DNA from: Thermoproteota archaeon
GTDB taxonomy: Archaea; Korarchaeota; Korarchaeia; Korarchaeales; Korarchaeaceae
Assembly: GCA_037917625.1 (NCBI GenBank)
Contig: JAVCBY010000021.1
Span: forward strand, 1-13,141
DNA: 13,141 nt
Direction: 5' to 3'
The notes under the pieces are model-generated. The model was not told where the DNA came from. It saw only the letters and a program-made list of their open reading frames with translations, and did not search any database. Of the stretch, positions 8,408 to 13,141 are shown piece after piece. Positions within the stretch are counted from its first letter, which is position 1; every line of letters starts with the position of its first letter. The translations under genes were made by a program, and so were the position numbers.

Positions 8408-8495
8408 TCTCAGCGTTCGGCGATGAGCTCTATATGAAAACCTTTGAGCCCCTCAGCAGATCGTCGGAGGAGTTCATATTGCTGCTTCGAGATAC

Positions 8496-11400
8496 TTATT
8501 CAGTCTGTTTGTAACTCTTCCTCCTCAATAGGAGTTTGAAGCTCGCTCTCCCATTTAGTTGAGATAGCACCGCTATTTTCTGATCATCTAACATCACATG
8601 CTTCTCGAACTCTATATTCCCCTCCGTACGCGCCTTTAATCCGAGTTGGCTCATTTGTCTCGATATCTCATCTAACTTCTGGATCAGGAACCTCGCTATA
8701 TCTATGTCCACTCTCTCCGTTGAGAAGTGTATACTCTCTCCGAAACTCGCATCGATACTCACTTTAGCCTTTATACCCAGCTTGATCACATTCTCTATCG
8801 CTATTTTCAGCGAAAGTAGATCGAAGCTACTTATTGATAGGAGCTTCTCCCCGGAAAGGCTTTGGTCTATCTTATCTACGTCTCTCTCCTCCTCCGGACT
8901 CGAGATGATGATATAGACAGATTCCTCCTTGAGCTGCCCATCTGAGCTCATTGCCTTTATCTTTATGGAGAAGCTCCCCGCTCTTCTAGGCATTATCTCC
9001 CATGAGACTTCCATCGGAGGCCTGCCTCTGCTCTGGCTGAGCTCCCCTTCCTCTACTTGGAGCTCTATCTCCTCCGAATAATCCTCTATGGGCTCTATAG
9101 ATATTTTGAATACAGCCTTCTCCCCCTGATTCAATTCCACACGCTTCGGTTTCACATCTAGAACGAAACCTCTCTTCAGCTCCTCCTCCCTTTCCTCTAC
9201 CACTCCAGCCCTCAGGGACTCCTCCCATCCTTCCTGCTTCACTAAGTCCTCGAGAGGTATTCCGATCCCTCCTATCTCTACTTCGTACCAGATCTTCTTC
9301 GTGACTCCGTTCCTCCGCACACCGCTCTTAGAGAGGAGCTCTTCCTTCATCTGCTCTGCCGCTCTCCTCCAGGGGAGTATCACAGCAGTATCTCTCAATC
9401 CCCTCGGTCTCTCAGCGCCAGGAGATCCTATCCTCTTCCAGTAGAGCTTCCCCTCGATCTTCATCCCTATGCTCAAACTATCCAAGCCCTCGAGGAGAGC
9501 TTCCTCAACCGCTTTCTGTGTAGTGAAAGGAGCTGCTGTATTCGTGTAGAATATCTCCAGGATTTCCCTGAACTCGAACTGCCTTTCTCCTTCTGTTAAA
9601 TCCCATTCCAGATTGAGCTTAAGGAATTCAGCGATATCTCTGAATCTTAGTTTTGTCCTGAGCTTCGGCCCAGTCTGCGGGTCTCTGAGCGCTGCTTCCA
9701 CCTGTGATATGAGTGAGGAAGATGGAGTTGCTCTCACGATCTTTATATCGTCCCCCTCCTTACCCCTGTATGGATAAGCAATCTTCGTCATGAGGGAGAG
9801 TATCTGCTGCATCAAGTATTCCGTATTCTCCTTAATGTAGTTCTCCAACTTACTACTTTGGATCTTTATTATGTCCTTATCTGTGTAGTACTCATTCAGG
9901 GAGCTCTTTATTTCCTCAGCCGCTTCTATCTTCGCTACATACCTGAGCACATCTGTTAAATCCGATTTCGATGGGAAGATCACAGCTATCGTATTTGCAT
10001 AAGTTCTTCTTCCTCCTCCGGGCTCTTTCAGTATTATATCTCTCAGTTCCTCCTCATTAACATCTGGTTTCATCAGTACGACTAGCCTCAGCGATCTTTC
10101 GTCCCCCAGCTCTCTCTTGATATTGTCCCCATATCCCACTATAATCACGTTCTTCCTGCTAAATATCTCATCCGCTGGCTTCTCTCCCCTCTTAGGGGTT
10201 CCGAAGATCGCTTCTTTAGCGTACTTTTCGACCAGTTTCTTGTGGAGATCTATGGTCGTGCCTCTAAACATCTCATCAGCTTTCCTCTCGACATACTCCA
10301 GGACGGATGGATAGGGTGTGAACCAGAACCTGTTCTCCTCTCCAGTGAAATGGGGGAGTTTGGCCTGCATCTCCTCTATCGTAGCCTCTATATCGGGTGG
10401 CTGGAGCCCGCTTGAGGAGAAGCTCTCGGGATCGTAAGTCATCAAGGCTACGTCCTTCAGATCTGGGAATACTTTGAGAGGCTCCTTGAATGTCTCGTAA
10501 GTATAAGTCTTCAGTAATACGACTGTAGCTATCCTGAGGGCGAGCGCAGGCCTTGAACAGTTCACAATGGAGCCGAGGCTTCCATCCTCAGATACTATGT
10601 CCCTGCTTACGAAATCCCTGAAATCCTTGTAACCTTCGGTGAGGACCAAGTTCCTTATATCCTTATCCCTCAGGTCTATGTGCACGGCATTATGAACTCT
10701 GAATCCTCACTTCCACTGAGGATCCTCCTTACGACTTTTCTAGTTATCCTTATCGCGTCCCTCGTTTTCTGGAGGTCTCTATTCCTCGTGACGAATTCGC
10801 TAAGTACTTCCAAATACTTGGGGTGGAATGGGTAGGTCTCCTTAGCTGCGATTCTCTTGCCTCCCTCCTCGAGTGATAGCTGCCAATCGGATTCCGTCCC
10901 GAATATCTCATAGCTTCTATAAGCGGATTGAAGCTCCTCTTGAGCTCTCCATGCAGCTTCCTCCGATATGTATGAGAATATCCTCCTCTTGAGGACCATC
11001 ACCATGTCCTCAGGGGCTACAGGAACTATTACCCTGGTGGTCTCCCTGTGGATGTGTCTCAGTATCTTTCCAGCTACGTCTTTGTAAAGCTCCTCGTAGC
11101 GGGGCTCCTCTCCCTTCCTGTACTCCGCTTGGATGGAGATCACGAGAGCTATCCTTTCAAGAGGTTCTATAGCTTTAGCCAGGCTTTCCAAGAAGAGTAT
11201 GACCTTCTCCCCATAATCCTTGAGATCCTCAGATCTGGTCATATTGAACACGTAGGGGACTACCTCATCCAGCAGTATTATCGTGGGATCCCTCGTTCCG
11301 GACAGGATGGACCTAAGCTTCTCGACATCGGGAGCCGGAGATCCCTTGCTATCCAGATGCTCTATATCAGCATATCTGCCTAGCTTATAAGCCAACATAC

Positions 11401-11863
11401 CCCATATCGTCCTTATTGTGAACCCCTCAGCTTCATAGGGCTCCGCTGGGTGAGGGACTAATTTTATGCTGCTAGCATCCATTACCACAACCTTCGTCCT
11501 ACCTAACCTCGATATCCTAGCGGCGAGCTTCTCATCGAGATCCTTCAGGTTTTCCGGGCTCTCGAAAGCATGGTATATCGTTATTAGTGTATGAGTCTTT
11601 CCTCCCCCGAAGAGGGAGGTCAAGAGGAATATCCTATTCCCCTTTTTCCCCTCTAGAGAATCTGCTATCTCCTCTATAAGCTCCTTCATCGATTTCGTGA
11701 GGTAAGTGTGCTTGAAGAACTCCTTGGGGTCTGCGTAGAGCGAGACCTCCCTATGAAAGTAGACATCGCATAGATTAGGGGCTGCTTTATCATCTAAGCT
11801 CGGATCGTAAACGTCATCCCAGACCTTCACATCCCCTCTCCGCACGTATTCCTTTAGTCTCAT
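8496..11863 (-). pseudogene. DUF499-family AAA+ ATPase, split by a single-base frameshift (1122 aa if restored)
   Basis: N-part (10676-11863) has Walker A SLFGGGKTH, TIWGMLAYKLG, Walker B ILLDEV, VLKRRIF, YPFHP and LQKTRDAIR. C-part (8496-10685) continues HIDLRD...RFWFTPYPS...YANT. The junction ATG CCG TG CAC ATA GAC becomes M-P-W-H-I-D if one G is added at 10683. Real lesion versus sequencing error cannot be decided here. Confidence 0.85.
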
Positions 11864-11867
11864 GAGA

Positions 11868-11874
11868 TCACCCC
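11868..11874 (-). promoter_or_regulatory. Shine-Dalgarno sequence for the DUF499 ATPase overlapping the methyltransferase stop
   Basis: Minus strand GGGGTGA-TCTC-ATG; the TGA is the methyltransferase stop codon. Confidence 0.65.
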
Positions 11875-13141
11875 AGATCGAGCGGTGCTGCTCTAGGCAC
11901 CGGTTCTAAGCATCCGAAGATCCTCTCGCATAGTGCCTTCTCCTTATCGTCCTTTGATAGGACCTTAGCCATCATCTTCGCCATTAAAATCGCCTCCTCG
12001 ACTTGAGAAGGGTACTTCGATCTCAATTCATCGAGTTTCTTCTTGAATTCCCCACAGGTGAGTGAGACTGAGTAGTACTCGAGGACGTGCAAAGCATCTA
12101 TCGAGCACCTTATCTCAGGCTCCTTCACACCCACCCCTCTGACCTCTAGGAGCTCCTCTAATTTAGCTTTTTCCGTGGATGTGGGCTCCATTAGGATGAG
12201 GCTTTTCGCTCTAGCTACTTTAGCCCCTTCGCTCTCCCCTCCTTTCACTATCTTCAGTTTCCTCGCTTTCCCTAGATCGAGAGAAGTCCCTATTGAGAAT
12301 ATCCTAGCATCAGTGCTCTCTATCACTTTCTCCTTCATTCCGCTGAGGGCAAATTTTATGATGAGGTAGAACATAGCCTCAGGGCTTTTGACAGTTTCTC
12401 TCAGATCCGCTTTATACGCTAGAGCCCTCGCTAGGCCCAAGAGGGAGGCTGGATAAATGTAACTGTCTACTAACGTCCTCACATCCACCCTCCCCATCGA
12501 TCTGACTTCCTCGTACTTAGTGGCTACTGAGAGCGCTTCCGCTAGAGTCCCTATTATGAGATCTCTCCCGCTTATATTCAGATCTATGAGCTCTCTCGCT
12601 TTCCTCGCTGAGGCATTCACCATCTCTTCATAGAGATCAGATGCATCTATCGACCCCTCAGATCCCTTCCTCCACACCACGATGATGCTAGTGTCCATAG
12701 AGAGCTTCCCCCTCTTCACAACGCTCTGCTCAGATTCTGTGACTAATGGGAACGCGTTCGTGACTCTCAGCCCCGAGCTCTCCCAACCGGCCTCTAGAAG
12801 GGCTTTCCATGCATCGGGGCTCGTGTGAGCGTAGAAAGTCACTAAGATACCATCTTCCTTGAGCCTAGAGGTCATGTTTTTGAAGGAGAGGTTTAAAAGG
12901 TTCTGAAAGTGTTTTACGCCTTCCTCCTTCTTAGCATCGGGGCCTAGCCTAGGTGGGTTGAGGCTAACCTCACTCAAGGCATACTTCTCCCATTGAGTGG
13001 GAATTTCTACATAGCTTTCACCTATTCTCTCGAAGAATGCTTCCGGTATGAATCTCGGAGCGAGTTTGTTTTCAACGACATCGCTCAAAGCTCTCTTCAA
13101 CCAGACGTAGTAGAAATCGCTGAGCTCTGTATAGGGAACAT
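11868..13141 (-). CDS. DUF1156-family adenine-specific DNA methyltransferase, C-terminal part (5' end outside window)
   Basis: The frame is open to the window edge: VPYTELSDFYYVWLKRAL, the segment that follows the DPPY motif in this family. Also LKEDGILVTFYAHTSPDAW, AFPLVTES and DTSIIVVWRK. The TTG at 13100 is not the true start. Confidence 0.88.
   Translation of the reverse strand, partial: VPYTELSDFYYVWLKRALSDVVENKLAPRFIPEAFFERIGESYVEIPTQWEKYALSEVSLNPPRLGPDAKKEEGVKHFQNLLNLSFKNMTSRLKEDGILVTFYAHTSPDAWKALLEAGWESSGLRVTNAFPLVTESEQSVVKRGKLSMDTSIIVVWRKGSEGSIDASDLYEEMVNASARKARELIDLNISGRDLIIGTLAEALSVATKYEEVRSMGRVDVRTLVDSYIYPASLLGLARALAYKADLRETVKSPEAMFYLIIKFALSGMKEKVIESTDARIFSIGTSLDLGKARKLKIVKGGESEGAKVARAKSLILMEPTSTEKAKLEELLEVRGVGVKEPEIRCSIDALHVLEYYSVSLTCGEFKKKLDELRSKYPSQVEEAILMAKMMAKVLSKDDKEKALCERIFGCLEPVPRAAPLDLG

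Larger units (their letters stand above)
4167..13141 (-). other. Putative antiviral defence cassette: DUF1156 MTase - DUF499 ATPase - SNF2/DUF3883 - MBL nuclease
   Basis: Co-directional genes with a 4-bp gap, a 148-bp gap and a 4-bp overlap. The DUF499 + DUF1156 + SNF2 trio is the core of the known restriction-like, BREX-related module. Confidence 0.75.

Noticed and set aside
8431-8450. Plus-strand BRE/TATA-like GAAAACCTTTGAG (antisense promoter into the ATPase 3' end)
   Set aside because: The TATA element is degenerate and there is no downstream ORF or other support.
10676-10700. Programmed frameshifting or phase variation in the DUF499 gene
   Set aside because: There is no slippery heptamer or homopolymer/microsatellite tract at the junction.
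1113-12369. Short antisense or alternate-frame ORFs (e.g. 1113-1460, 2458-2845, 4417-4953, 5621-6125, 6662-7289, 8028-8216, 8704-9228, 10117-10314, 11048-11383, 12175-12369)
   Set aside because: All lie within well-supported genes, mostly show the Ser/Leu/Ile-rich composition of shadow frames, and have no recognisable motifs.
2099-13141. Calling the locus DISARM or canonical BREX
   Set aside because: The DUF1998 protein carries its own helicase motifs V-VI (unlike DrmB), is convergent and compositionally distinct. No DrmA, PLD DrmC, PglZ or BrxL gene is in the window.
1-13141. CRISPR array, tRNA/rRNA, transposase or integrase
   Set aside because: No regularly spaced repeats, cloverleaf or rRNA signatures, or recombinase motifs were seen in the short intergenic regions or ORFs.

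Overview
Archaeal-looking accessory/defence region. The basis is overlapping stop/start codons, GGGGTGA/GGAGG ribosome-binding sites, TATA-like leaderless promoters and heavy ATA/AGG codon use; the taxon is inferred, not established. The right ~9 kb is a minus-strand cassette: DUF1156-type adenine DNA methyltransferase (partial, runs off the window), then a DUF499 AAA+ ATPase with a C-terminal Ig/Fn3-like segment (split by one missing base at ~10683), then an SNF2 helicase with a DUF3883-type PD-(D/E)xK tail, then an RNase J-like MBL/beta-CASP hydrolase coupled to the helicase by a TTGA overlap. The first three genes match the known DUF499/DUF1156/SNF2 'restriction-like', BREX-related module. 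The coupled MBL nuclease and an apparent internal promoter with a 23-bp palindrome in front of the helicase-nuclease pair are the unusual parts. Converging on the cassette is an AT-richer, 5'-truncated DruE-like (DUF1998) helicase relic whose four lesions all lie upstream of an intact 619-aa C-terminal ORF. The left end holds an intact dimethylargininase/amidinotransferase-family gene and one or two decayed small genes. No RNA genes, CRISPR arrays or transposases were seen.
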